A stretch of DNA of 64,000 bases from an uncultured bacterium (GTDB lineage: Bacteria; Acidobacteriota; HRBIN11; JAKEFK01): positions 416,001 to 480,000 of the forward strand of contig CAVZQN010000008.1 of the NCBI GenBank assembly GCA_963777505.1, in the 5' to 3' direction. Positions 38,137 through 48,705 of this stretch are shown here, in pieces; the stretch's first letter is position 1; each line of letters starts with the position of its first letter. The translations under genes and the position numbers were made by a program. The notes beneath the pieces are model-generated. The model made no database searches. It was not told where the DNA came from and was given only the letters and a program-made list of their open reading frames with translations.

Positions 38137-39843
38137 ATGAATCTTCAGATCCGGATTCTTTCAATTTGTGGGATTTTTCTTTTCGCTTCGTCTCTTCTTG
38201 CAGTGCCAATTCTAAAACCACTCAGTTGTAGCCAGGAAAATTCCCTTCACTCGATCTCTGGCACCGTTCGTACTTCGATTGAATTTCAAAATGAGACTTC
38301 TAAGACATTAAAGATTTTCTGGATCAATTATCAGGGAAACCGTGAGCTCTTTCGGAGCCTTGGACCCGCACAATCGTACGTGCAGCCCACGTTTGTAACA
38401 CATCCGTGGGTGGTAACAGAAGCAAACAACAGTTGTTTTTCCATTTTTGTTCCACTGAACACTCCTTCGATTGCGAAAATTCAAAATACGCTCCATGACA
38501 TTTCAATAAGCTCGGGAATCGCAAACAATACAATCGCCACAGCGGGCGTGCAGGCGATTGACTACAATAACGACAAAAAACAGGACCTGGTATTGATCGG
38601 AAAAAATGGGAATGCGCTGTTCAAAAATGTAGGAAAGGGCAAGTTTGTCAATGTTACAGAGCAAACTAAGTTTTCAAATGCCGGTCGAGATGCACGCGGT
38701 GCTTCCTGGACTGACATCGATAACAATGGGTTTCCTGATGTGATTATTGCCAACGCCACGGGCGCCCCTACGATTCTAAGAAATAATCGTGGCATCTTCA
38801 GTGATGTTAGTAATTTATTTTCGGCCAACGAGGTTGCAGGAAAATCCGAAACTGGAACGCGCGGTGGAGTTTGGATAGACATTGATAACGACAGGTTAAT
38901 TGATGTGTTCCTAATCAAAGATGGCGTTCCCAACGAGATGTTCAAACAAACCAGTTTCATGAAATTCACTGATATTTCGAAAACAGCTGGTATTGCATCA
39001 ACAAGTGCGGGACGCTCTGCAGTTGCTGCAGATTTTGATGAAGATGGATTTCAGGACATCTATCTGGCAAATTTCAAACAACCCTGTAAGTTTTACCATA
39101 ACAACGGAAATGCTACTTTTAACGAGATCAGCAAATCCAGCGGTATAGATTTTAGCGGGGCAAGCGTGCAAGTCTCTGTCGTTGATTTTGATTCCGATGG
39201 AAGGATGGATCTATTCATTGTGAATAATGAGGGACCCTCATTCTTTTTCAAAAATGTTGGTAATTTGAATTTCCAAAAAGTCATACCCAATTCATTAAAA
39301 TCAGCAAAGAAAGGGATTGCTGCCGCATTTGTTGATTACAATTTGGATGGGAATCAAGATCTTGTTCTCGCCCAAACGCTGGGTGGGAACCGTTTGTTCA
39401 AAAACAACGGTCAGGGAAAATTCGTAACGGTTCCGGGAATTGATCTGAGCCGTCCAGACAACCCAACAGGTATTACTGTAGGCGACTTTAATAATGATGG
39501 CATTCCGGATGTAATGATCGGAGATGGTGGAACAGATCAAGACCGGGGTGATTCTCTTTTCAAGAACGACGGCGGTGGCAATCACCTGACATTAGTTCTG
39601 CAAGGGACCGCCAGCAATCGGTCTGCAATAGGTGCAGTTGTAATATTGCAATTAGGTGTTCTTATTCAAGCTCAACAGGTAACCGGTGGAAACGGCACGA
39701 GTCAAGAAAGTCTCGCTCTGGAGTTCGGATTGGGATCTGCAACAAATGCTGACATACGAATTGTTTGGCCGAGTGGAATTGTGCAAAGACTCGAAAATGT
39801 TCAGGCAAATCAGGTACTTAGAATCGCCGAAGCAGCCCAGTAA
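38137..39843 (+). CDS. Secreted protein with a VHL beta-domain, FG-GAP repeats and ASPIC/UnbV (CRTAC1-like)
   Basis: Signal peptide, then IEFQN...IFWINYQG...QPTFVTHPW, multiple DxDxDGxxD repeats, SNRSAIGAVV, FGLG and IVWPSG. Confidence 0.85.
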   Translation: MNLQIRILSICGIFLFASSLLAVPILKPLSCSQENSLHSISGTVRTSIEFQNETSKTLKIFWINYQGNRELFRSLGPAQSYVQPTFVTHPWVVTEANNSCFSIFVPLNTPSIAKIQNTLHDISISSGIANNTIATAGVQAIDYNNDKKQDLVLIGKNGNALFKNVGKGKFVNVTEQTKFSNAGRDARGASWTDIDNNGFPDVIIANATGAPTILRNNRGIFSDVSNLFSANEVAGKSETGTRGGVWIDIDNDRLIDVFLIKDGVPNEMFKQTSFMKFTDISKTAGIASTSAGRSAVAADFDEDGFQDIYLANFKQPCKFYHNNGNATFNEISKSSGIDFSGASVQVSVVDFDSDGRMDLFIVNNEGPSFFFKNVGNLNFQKVIPNSLKSAKKGIAAAFVDYNLDGNQDLVLAQTLGGNRLFKNNGQGKFVTVPGIDLSRPDNPTGITVGDFNNDGIPDVMIGDGGTDQDRGDSLFKNDGGGNHLTLVLQGTASNRSAIGAVVILQLGVLIQAQQVTGGNGTSQESLALEFGLGSATNADIRIVWPSGIVQRLENVQANQVLRIAEAAQ

Positions 39844-39938
39844 TAACCCCCCAAAAACTTATTGCAAATTGCAGATTGGAAATTGCAAAATGCAAAATAA
39901 GTTCAATCTAAAATTTGCAATTGTACAAGGAGTTATTA
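39841..39938. mobile_element. MITE-like element, copy C
   Basis: 10-bp terminal inverted repeats TAATAACCCC / GGAGTTATTA (one mismatch) enclose AATTGCA heptamers. Its first ~45 bp recur at 41979-42022. Confidence 0.6.
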
Positions 39939-40099
39939 AAGTAGGGAGACCGATCGTAGACACTAATGTTTAACAAAATCGGTTCAGCCAAGCAATTTGC
40001 AAAGATCGTTGATTTCTTACGTTATACTAAGATTAAATCGGGAGGTTGATTCGACATGCGCAGCTGTGGAAGAATAATGAATTCTTGATGAGGTACTAA

Positions 40100-41499
40100 A
40101 TGAACGATGCAACATTATTTCAGGAATTAAAAGGGGCAGTCCAGGGACAGGTATTAAACGACTCCGAAAGTTTGAATGCGGTTAGCGGCGACTTCGGAAG
40201 GATGATCACGCGCGTTCCCCGGGTGGTGGTCAGACCTTCTTCTGCAGAAGACATTGCGGCTGTGATTCGCACGGGAATCCGCTATAACCTACCGGTCAGT
40301 TCCCGTTCAGCGGCGCACAGCCAGAGCGGACAGGCGTTAAACCAAGGTGGAATTTTGCTTGATATGACCGCACTAAATCAACATTTTGAGGTAGACACTG
40401 AAGAAAAAACATGCACTGTCGATGCTGGAATTCTCTGGAATGATCTGGTTAATCGACTGAAGCCCAACAAATTGATTCCGCCGGTTCTGACAAACAATCT
40501 GAATGTTACTGTTGGCGGCACGCTTTCTATGGCGGGAATCGGAGTTGCTTCTTTCCGATATGGAGTGCAGGGAGACAACTGTATTGGCTTGCAGGTGGTT
40601 ACAGGAGCCGGAGATGTTGTCGAGTGTTCTCCAAGCGTAAATTCGGAGCTGTTTTCATCACACTCTTTGTGGTCTCGGTCAATTTGCCATTATTGCGCGC
40701 GCGAAGCTCAAGCTTCGTTCACACAAATCTCATGTACGTACATTCTTTCTTGTTTATGATGATTTGAAAGCGGTTCTTCGTGATCAGCGAGCGCTGATTG
40801 AAGAGGGTCGCATGGATTTTATCGAATCCTGGTGTACCCCTCTGCCTCTTGGATTTAAGAAAGTCATGGAGATGAAGCAAACTTTTGGTGAATGGTTTTT
40901 CCCAACACAACTGACATTTGAATTTGATCCAGAAGGTCCACTGCCCGAGAAAGAAAAATGTCTGCAAGGTCTGAGCTACTATCGTCACAGCCATACAGAA
41001 GACATGGAAATTTATGATTTTGTCAGCCGCCTCGAAAATGTGTTTGAGATCTGGAAGCGAATGGGTTACTGGGCTAACGCCCATCCATGGATGGAAACTC
41101 TGCTTCCATGGGATGTCGCAGAAAAATATATGAATCAGATTTTGCAGATTCTTCCACCCGCTGCGCTTGGCGGAGGGCACGTGCTATTCTGGCCGTCCAG
41201 CGGACGTACCTCGAATCTGCCATTATTTAAGCGCCCTGATTCCGATTACATTGTCGGTTTTGGAATTCTTCCCGGTGTGCCAAAAGATCTGCTTGACCAT
41301 GCCATCCCGCGCTTGAACATGGCAAGCGAATTGAGTGAAGCACTCGGTGGCAAGCGCTACCTTTCAGGTCTCAGTCCAGTTTGATCAAAACAAATGGAAG
41401 GAACACTACGATACAAACTGGAGCGAAATGAAACGAATGAAGAAGAAATATGATCCGAACGGCGTTTTGAATCCTGGGTTCATCGACTTCACCGCATAG
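40100..41499 (+). CDS. FAD-linked oxidoreductase of cytokinin-dehydrogenase-like (VAO) fold, two frameshifts
   Basis: RSAAHSQSGQA, TVGGTLSMAGIG, (L)CGLGQF, WANAHPW and KKKYDPNGVLNPG. Confidence 0.8.
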
Positions 41500-41517
41500 G
41501 AATTAACGGAGTAAATC

Positions 41518-41967
41518 ATGAAAGAATTTGAACTCAAGCATGAGATCTTTGTGAAGGCCTCCGCCAAAAAAGTCTTTGAGGTCTGGACCGACTTCGAGCA
41601 CTGGCCGCAGCTTTATCCCGAAACTTATGAAAGCGTAAAAGTTCAGCGGGAAGGCAATCGAGTCATGACAGAAGAAGTGATCAAAACAATGGCCGGAAAA
41701 CAACAGGCCACAATTGAAACGGTTCTGGAACCTCCGCATCGTTATATCAGGTATTTCAAAGATGGTCCGATGGAAGGATCGATTCGCACGACTAGCCTGG
41801 AAACATCCAACGATGGAACTCTGGTTAAAACTCAGATGCAAGTGAAACTTGGGGGAATGGTTGCCATGTTACTCGGCGATCTCGCCGAAATGCTTTTCCA
41901 GAAGAATATTGAAAAACTTTCGCAATCCCATGCGCGCGTCGCAGAAGTAGAAGCTCCTGAAAAATGA
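41518..41967 (+). CDS. SRPBCC family protein
   Basis: VKASAKKVFEVWTDFEHWPQLYP pattern, 149 aa. Confidence 0.85.
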   Translation: MKEFELKHEIFVKASAKKVFEVWTDFEHWPQLYPETYESVKVQREGNRVMTEEVIKTMAGKQQATIETVLEPPHRYIRYFKDGPMEGSIRTTSLETSNDGTLVKTQMQVKLGGMVAMLLGDLAEMLFQKNIEKLSQSHARVAEVEAPEK

Positions 41968-41978
41968 TGAAGACCAGC

Positions 41979-42130
41979 AATAACCCCCAAAGCTTATTGC
42001 AAATTGCAGATTGTAAATTGCATAGTGAGCTCAATTCGTCATTCGGAATTCGATTGTTCGTTAATCGGACTTCAAGAGTTAAAGGAAACTTGAAGTACGA
42101 ATGACGAAGACGATTTACGAATTACGAATT
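41979..42130 (+). repeat. Composite heptamer repeat, copy B plus an ACGAA arm
   Basis: Left end matches copy C, 42000-42092 matches copy A, and 42093-42130 matches the left arm of copy E. Confidence 0.85.
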
Positions 42131-42134
42131 AAAA

Positions 42135-42223
42135 CGGAGAGGGAGGGATTCGAACCCTCGATCCGCGTTACCACGGATAACTGCTTAGCAGGCAGCCCTG
42201 TTCGACCACTCCAGCACCTCTCC
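42135..42223 (-). tRNA. tRNA-Ser(GCT)
   Basis: GGAGAGGTGCTGGAGTGG...CTGC-CTGCTAA-GCAG, a long variable arm, then GGTTCGAATCC CTCCCTCTCCG. No CCA is encoded. Confidence 0.95.
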
Positions 42224-42319
42224 GTAATTTCCAAAAAAGACAATATCCGTGCAGGATTATATCGGCAGGGAAACTCGATTATAGAAACTTCCCATACCTC
42301 AGTCAAACATAACAAGAGG

Positions 42320-42357
42320 AAGTACGATTAACGAATCGCGACTACGAATTACGAATT
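42320..42357 (+). repeat. ACGAA-heptamer arm
   Basis: AAGTACGATTAACGAATCGCGACTACGAATTACGAATT, similar to 42093-42130. Confidence 0.7.
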
Positions 42358-42860
42358 CACTCTGCTGGTTTCGTGCGTGGAGATAAATTACTAATCTGGA
42401 GATTTGTTACTTCTACTCCAATATCATTTCCTTTTGAGCTCAGTTGAGATCGGATCGATCGAACCCAATCCGGGAATACTTCATCAAGCCTATCGAAATC
42501 CAATTCTTCCAATTGTTCTTTCATTAAGTCCTGAAGTTGAGACATCATATAAATACGCCAATCACGAACTCCTGATGCAAGCACCGGCTTGCGAACAATT
42601 GCATCAAGTGATGCCTGGAGTTGAATTGGAATTTCATCCTTTGTAATTGCTGATTGTGGCGGTAATGATACTGAAAAGGGTTCGACAGAGATGCGTTCCA
42701 GGCGATCAACAAATGGAATGATCATTACTGTTCCGGGACCGGCTACAGAATCCAGTTTTTTCCCGAGTCTATAAATCACGCCGCGTTCGTTGTCAGGAAC
42801 TTTCTTCAACGAAGCGAGAATAAGAATTACAGCGATGATGGCCAGGAAAACATAGATCAT
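42357..42860 (-). CDS. Short SPFH/band 7 domain protein
   Basis: N-terminal TM helix, ERGVIYRLGK, GPG..IIPFVD and QSAITKD. Confidence 0.85.
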   Translation of the reverse strand: MIYVFLAIIAVILILASLKKVPDNERGVIYRLGKKLDSVAGPGTVMIIPFVDRLERISVEPFSVSLPPQSAITKDEIPIQLQASLDAIVRKPVLASGVRDWRIYMMSQLQDLMKEQLEELDFDRLDEVFPDWVRSIRSQLSSKGNDIGVEVTNLQISNLSPRTKPAE

Positions 42861-42870
42861 AAAAAGTCAC

Positions 42871-42920
42871 TTTAGAGGCCCGGCCTTCGCACCCCACCAC
42901 CGCAAAGCCTGGCCTCTAAA
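42871..42920. repeat. Long intergenic hairpin (terminator or REP-like)
   Basis: TTTAGAGGCC...GGCCTCTAAA directly after the stop codon of the serine hydrolase gene. Confidence 0.6.
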
Positions 42921-44693
42921 TTATTTCTTGCGGGTTGCAGTAAAGACACCGTTCGGCTGACTGATGACGACTGAAGTGATAGCAATCTCTTCGTTCGACT
43001 TAAATTCAACACTATAGCCTTCAAGGTTCTTAAGGTTAAATGATGTTCCGCGGACTGGATCAAGTTCGTAATCTGGTTGTCCAGGTACAGTCATCATCAA
43101 AATGTTCTCACCCCTTAACCATACTTTAATGACACTCCCTGCGAGATCGTATTCACCCACAAATTTTTGCACGAACTCGCGTTCACGCATTTTTAATTCA
43201 CCTACACGTTTAAATACAATTTGGTCTACGGCAGGCTCTAGCGGAAGAGATAGTCTATCCACTTCAGCCTTCCCATTCATTTGAAAACTGAACATCATTT
43301 GTTCATACACTACATTATCAGCGGCTTTGAAGACATCGTAATGATAATGATTTAAGACAGTTGGTAAATCGTTAAATGTAGCTCTTAGTTGATCACCTTC
43401 TAACGTTACATGAATTGTGCCGTATGCAGGGTGTTCATAATCGCCGACAAATTCACCGAGCGAATGTGAAGGTTGAGTTCCTAGTTTTCGATTAGGATCT
43501 CCGTTCTTTTCCAGTTTGACTTTGGTTTCTTCAGCCTTTTTGGTTTCATCATGAAAACGTTTGTTCCAATCAATCTCCTCTTTTCCCAGCAAACGATCGA
43601 TCAAATTTAATCTTAGAATTCCAGGAACATATGAGCCATCCATGTTTGATAGCGCAACTACACCTATTTTCCTTTCTGGAAGCAAAGACACGACAGCAGT
43701 AAATCCATCAATGCCTCCGGTGTGAGTTAGCATTTCTTCACCGCGATATGCAGTTACACCCCAGCCAAGCGCATAACTGTTGTAAAACAATTCCTTATAC
43801 GGCCGCGGCGTTGGAATGACTATCTGAGGCAAATGAGTTTCCAGAACGGTTGTAGATGAAAGGATTTGTTTATCTTTAAATCTGCCTTCGCTCAATTGCA
43901 TAACCATCCAGTTCGACATCTCTTTCACACTGGAGTTAATCGATCCGGCAGGTCCGACTGCTGTTATATTTCGGAATGGAATCTGTTTTACCTGCTCGTC
44001 TTCTTTGCGATATGGAAGAGCAAAGTCTTTTTTATTTTGAGTTTCCAAAACCGAAAAATTGCTTTCGTTCATTTCGAGAGGCACAAAAAAACGTTCCTTC
44101 ACAAAATCTTCCCAACTTTTCTTTGCAATCTGCTCAACAAGGTAACCTGCGGTCATAAACATTAAGTTTTGGTATTGAAATGCTTCACGAAAACCCCGGC
44201 TCGGTTCTAGATACTGCAGCCGTTCCACCATTTCTTTTCTGGAAAGAGATGAGCCATACCACATTGCATCATGTCTTGGCAGGCCCGAACGGTGTGTAAT
44301 TAAATCGCGCGGGGTCATGTGTTCGGTCACATAATCTTCATGCATTCGGAAGTCCGGCATGTATTCACGAATCGGACGATCCCATTCAATTTTTCCCTCT
44401 TCAACAAGTAACGCAAGGGCGGCACCTGTAAATGCTTTTGTGCACGATCCTATTGCAAAGATTGTGTCTTCAGTCACAGATTGTTTGTTTTCTACATCAC
44501 GAAAACCAAAACCTTTTGTGTAAATCAGTTGTCCGTCCTTGACTACAGCAACAGCGACGCCTGGAGCTTTCCACTCCTTCATGATTGTGTCTGCGAATTT
44601 TTCAAAGTCTTTAAATTCATTTTTCTGTTTGTCCGCTGAATATAAGGGAACTACAGCAACAAAAAGAAGAATTGCGACCCAGATTCGTTTCAT
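42921..44693 (-). CDS. Beta-lactamase-family serine hydrolase with DUF3471-like C-terminal domains
   Basis: Signal peptide, IGSCTK (SxxK), YQN and HTGG. Confidence 0.9.
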   Translation of the reverse strand: MKRIWVAILLFVAVVPLYSADKQKNEFKDFEKFADTIMKEWKAPGVAVAVVKDGQLIYTKGFGFRDVENKQSVTEDTIFAIGSCTKAFTGAALALLVEEGKIEWDRPIREYMPDFRMHEDYVTEHMTPRDLITHRSGLPRHDAMWYGSSLSRKEMVERLQYLEPSRGFREAFQYQNLMFMTAGYLVEQIAKKSWEDFVKERFFVPLEMNESNFSVLETQNKKDFALPYRKEDEQVKQIPFRNITAVGPAGSINSSVKEMSNWMVMQLSEGRFKDKQILSSTTVLETHLPQIVIPTPRPYKELFYNSYALGWGVTAYRGEEMLTHTGGIDGFTAVVSLLPERKIGVVALSNMDGSYVPGILRLNLIDRLLGKEEIDWNKRFHDETKKAEETKVKLEKNGDPNRKLGTQPSHSLGEFVGDYEHPAYGTIHVTLEGDQLRATFNDLPTVLNHYHYDVFKAADNVVYEQMMFSFQMNGKAEVDRLSLPLEPAVDQIVFKRVGELKMREREFVQKFVGEYDLAGSVIKVWLRGENILMMTVPGQPDYELDPVRGTSFNLKNLEGYSVEFKSNEEIAITSVVISQPNGVFTATRKK

Positions 44694-44702
44694 ACAACCC
44701 CT

Positions 44703-46926
44703 TTAGGATGCGGAAATATAGCGTTCAAAGAATTCAAGAATCCGCAAAAGACGATCGATCCGTTGTTTCGGATTCCCAGTCCGTGACAAATCATGCGAAG
44801 CCTTTGGATAACGCACATATTCTACTGGCTTGTTCAAAATTTTCAGGCTCTTATAAAGCATTTCACTTTGGATCACTCCTGCACGCAAGTCCAGATCATC
44901 ATGTTTAATTAACAACGGAGTTTTGATTTCATTAACATACGTTAGATGGTGATTCGCGATCTAAAATCGTTTTGATCTCAGGCTGCCATGGGTACCCACC
45001 AAAGTGATCTGGAACTAATCTCCATGCGAGACCTTCACCCATAAACGTTGGTAAATAGTAAACTCCGCGTTGCGCAACTGCTGCTTTGAATCGATGATCA
45101 TGACCGACAATCCATGCAGTTAAATAGCCCGCGTAGGATCCGCCAGTAAGAACTTGACGATCCGCATCCACCCAGGGTTCCTTTGCAGCTTCTGTTGCGG
45201 CAGCCAGCACATCGCCGCCGGGTCCTTCACCCCAGTTTTGATAATTACTATGCACAAATTTATAACCGTAACCACCCGAACCACGCGGGTTTGCATAAAC
45301 AATTCCATAACCTCTGCCACAAAACATTTGGAATTCATGCCAGGTCGTATCTTCTCCAGGTCCCCACATTGCCGAAGGTCCGCCATGCATTTCAACAAGC
45401 AATGGATACTTTTTACCAGTCTCTACATTCGCAGGCTTCATGATCCAGTAATCAACTACTGTTCCATCCGGACGTGTTAATTTATGCGCTGTCGGATAGC
45501 TTAACTTTTTCGATTCCAGCCATTCTGCATTATGTTTTGTCAGACGTTTACTTCCTGATCCATCAAGATTTGATACGTATAGCTCATATGGATTCGCGAC
45601 TTCGGTTAAAGTAAATACAAGTTTTTTTGCACCAACAGCTAAATTACGTAACCCTGATTTAGATTCGGTAAGTCTCTGAATTTTTCCACCGGAAGCATCG
45701 ACACGGTTTAATGGAAATCCACCATCAGCAGTCGCAATGAAATAGAGTGATTTACTATCCTGACTCCACGAAAAGTCGTTTACATCGCGGTCCAGTTCTT
45801 TCGTTAAGAGCAAAGGATTGCCGCTGGAATAGGAAACTGAACCAAGCATATTCAGCGCATAACTCCGCTCTTTCAGCTCGCTGGCGACAAATGCAATTGA
45901 TTTTCCGTCGGGAGATGGGAGTGCGCTGGAAACGGAATAGTCTGGAAGATCTAAAAGCCTGCGAATGTTAGAGCCATCCGCGCGAATGATGTGAAGATCG
46001 CTATCTTGAACTCGATCCGGATGCTGCTTTGAATCTATCGAAGTTGCAGAAACAATTTCTTTACCGTCCGGCATCCATTCGCCTTCTTCAAATGAATAAA
46101 AGCCATTTGTTATTCTAAGAGGTTCAGCACCTTGCACTGCTTTAACAACAAATAAATGCTGATACGTGAGATTCGGTTGTAATTCAGTTTCTCCCTGAAG
46201 TTGTTGTCGATAAAAAACACGCGGATTCGAATCCGCCTCATTTCGGGCGAGCCATTCCCGAATTTCTTGAATCGACCCATCAGGATCTGCTTTCGGCTTT
46301 TCTGATTCTTTGTCATTCCAGTTAGCAACATCGCCTGATTTGCGGTTTGGACGTTCTTCCGGCCACTCAGGCGACTTTTTGTTATCGACTGACCCAAACA
46401 ACTCATGATGTGGAATTTCAGAAGCAAACAAAATCGAGTTGCCATCGGGTGACCAGCGTGGTGAAGATGCACCATGCTTCATCTTTGTGAGTTGCCATGC
46501 TTCCCCACCCTCAAGAGGCAACACCAAAATTTGGGATTTTTCCTCAACAGTCCGGACAAATGCAATCTGTTTTCCACCAGGATGCCAAACAGGATTGGAA
46601 GCGCCGCCTTCATGAAATGTAAGCTGACGAGGAGATTGAGTGCCATTGAGAGCTATAAGCCATAGTTGATTCCTGTATTCATATTCAGGCGCTTTCGAAG
46701 TCCTGGATTCTTTAGGCTTCTCTTCGTCCTTCTCTTTTTTCTCCTCAATACTGCGCACAACATATATAGCCTGAGTGCCGTCGGGAGAAATTCTTACGGA
46801 ACGAAGCTGTTTCATTTTTAGCAAATCGCTTGTAAGAATGTTTTCCTTCCCTGGAACGGTGGCAAATGTGAAGGCTCCGACGAGTAAAAAGCAGATGGCA
46901 AAAAGTGAGGCACCGAATCGGTTCAT
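44703..46926 (-). CDS. S9 family peptidase, frameshift near 44945
   Basis: Beta-propeller, HGGP, NPRGSGGYG and GGSYAG. The catalytic D (DLR) and H (ASHDLSR) are in ORF 44703-44915. Confidence 0.9.
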
Positions 46927-47021
46927 GTATTTTCTCCCTGTAAGCGAGAGCTTACAACGAAATGATTTAGGAGCAAATGGGTTGAAGTTGCAGAACGGTG
47001 GGAAGTTCTAAATTGCCATGC

Positions 47022-47051
47022 ATTGTACCACAGATTCTGATTATTTGTCAA
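47022..47051 (-). promoter_or_regulatory. Sigma-70 promoter of the S9 peptidase operon
   Basis: TTGACA-N18-TACAAT with an extended TG. Confidence 0.7.
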
Positions 47052-47055
47052 GGGG

Positions 47056-47078
47056 TTCTTGTATTGAATATACAAGAA
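47056..47078. promoter_or_regulatory. Perfect 9-5-9 inverted repeat (candidate operator)
   Basis: TTCTTGTAT-TGAAT-ATACAAGAA. Confidence 0.6.
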
Positions 47079-47094
47079 AATTATTATTATTTTT

Positions 47095-47640
47095 ATGTTG
47101 AACAAAAAAGAACGCCTCCAAAGGATTTGCGAAGGAAAAGAGGTCCGTATTTTTGCCGCAAGACCTCCGGATATTCATACAGTTACATTTGTCGAGGCGT
47201 TTCGAAATTGCGGAAGGAATAATTGCCAGGCGTGTAAAGATAAAAAGAAACGTCCACATGGACCCTATTGGAACCTGAACTATACCGATGAACGCGGCCG
47301 GATGAAGACCGCCTACGTCGGGAAAAAGCTGCCTGATTTTGTTTCAGGAAGCCATAAAGTACTATTTGCCGATGTTCAAAGATACTGGAAACTGAATGAA
47401 GAATATCGTGAATCAAACATCCGGCATCGCATGGAAACGCAAAGGCTTAAACTGCAGATAGAATCCTTGTACGAGGAGCTTCGAATCAGCAAAAAACAAG
47501 CCCGAAAAAGCGGTGCGACTCCAGATAAATTATTTCGTGAACTTGTTAATAAATATCATCCGGATCGTCATCGCGGAACCACTTTTACAGCCGAAGATGT
47601 AATGAAAGATATTAACCGTCTCTGGCAGAAAATGAGGTAA
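47095..47640 (+). CDS. DUF6788-like Zn domain, coiled coil and J-domain-like (HPD) protein
   Basis: CGRNNCQAC...HGPYW...KTAYVGK, then LFRELVNKYHPDR...MKDIN. Confidence 0.75.
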   Translation: MLNKKERLQRICEGKEVRIFAARPPDIHTVTFVEAFRNCGRNNCQACKDKKKRPHGPYWNLNYTDERGRMKTAYVGKKLPDFVSGSHKVLFADVQRYWKLNEEYRESNIRHRMETQRLKLQIESLYEELRISKKQARKSGATPDKLFRELVNKYHPDRHRGTTFTAEDVMKDINRLWQKMR

Positions 47641-47646
47641 GAATCG

Positions 47647-48702
47647 ATGCGAAAGTTCGCATTCTACTTTCTTTTTTTATTCTCGCTTTGGGGTTCCTCA
47701 GAGACTATCAAAGCACCTGAACTCACACCCGCACTCACAAATCAGCACGAACAAGCAATCATCGATGAAGGAATCGCTTTACACAATCAGGGCAAATACG
47801 AAGAGGCGATTGCTAAATACAAGCAGGTTCTTGAAAAAAGTCCTGGAAATGTGCTCGCGATGTACGAAATGGCATTCTCATTTTTTGCTGCTGAAAAATA
47901 CGATGACGCTCTGAAGACCGCTGATGAAGGTGCTCGTTATAAATCAAGATACCTAGGCAAGTTTTACATGCTGATCGGCAATTCCTTAGACGGGCTTGGT
48001 AAGAACGATGAAGCAATCTCAGCATTTCGTCAAGCACTCGAAGTTGTTAATGATGATGGAATGATCCATTTCAATCTTGCAGTAACGCTTGTGAATACAG
48101 GAAAACCCAATGAGGCGCGTCCTCATTTAAAGAAATCAGTTCAGTTGAATCCAACACACATTACCAGTCATTACGCCCTGGCAAGAGTTTATTTCGATCA
48201 AGGCTATAGAATTCCCGGCATTCTGTCTATGCTAAGGTTTCTAAGCCTTGAACCGAAAACACAACGATCATCAAAAGCAATCGCTTTGCTGGATGAGAAT
48301 ATAGAAAAAGGTGTGGAATCAAAGTCTTCCCAAAAAGTTGAAGTTACTGTGAATTCGGATTCTCCCACGGATGAAGGAGAATTTAAGGGACTGGAATTAA
48401 TGATATCGCTAATTACTGCAGGTAAATATGTAAAGGATAAAAAAGAAAAAACGATCATGGAACAAAGAATTGAATTATTGAATGATTTATTCAAAGCAAT
48501 GGGTGAAGAGAAAGGAAAAGGAAATTTTGTGGTTGAGAACTATTTTCCGTATTTCGTTGACTTGCAAAAGAACGATCTTGTTGCGACGTTCACATACTAC
48601 ATTTATCAAAGCACGAATCGAGAAGCCGCTGCATGGATAGAACAACACGAAAATGAAATTCAAGCGTATGTAAAATGGTCAAACGATTTTGTAAGTCCAT
48701 AA
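47647..48702 (+). CDS. Exported TPR protein
   Basis: Signal peptide and about 5 TPRs. Confidence 0.85.
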   Translation: MRKFAFYFLFLFSLWGSSETIKAPELTPALTNQHEQAIIDEGIALHNQGKYEEAIAKYKQVLEKSPGNVLAMYEMAFSFFAAEKYDDALKTADEGARYKSRYLGKFYMLIGNSLDGLGKNDEAISAFRQALEVVNDDGMIHFNLAVTLVNTGKPNEARPHLKKSVQLNPTHITSHYALARVYFDQGYRIPGILSMLRFLSLEPKTQRSSKAIALLDENIEKGVESKSSQKVEVTVNSDSPTDEGEFKGLELMISLITAGKYVKDKKEKTIMEQRIELLNDLFKAMGEEKGKGNFVVENYFPYFVDLQKNDLVATFTYYIYQSTNREAAAWIEQHENEIQAYVKWSNDFVSP

Positions 48703-48705
48703 TTC

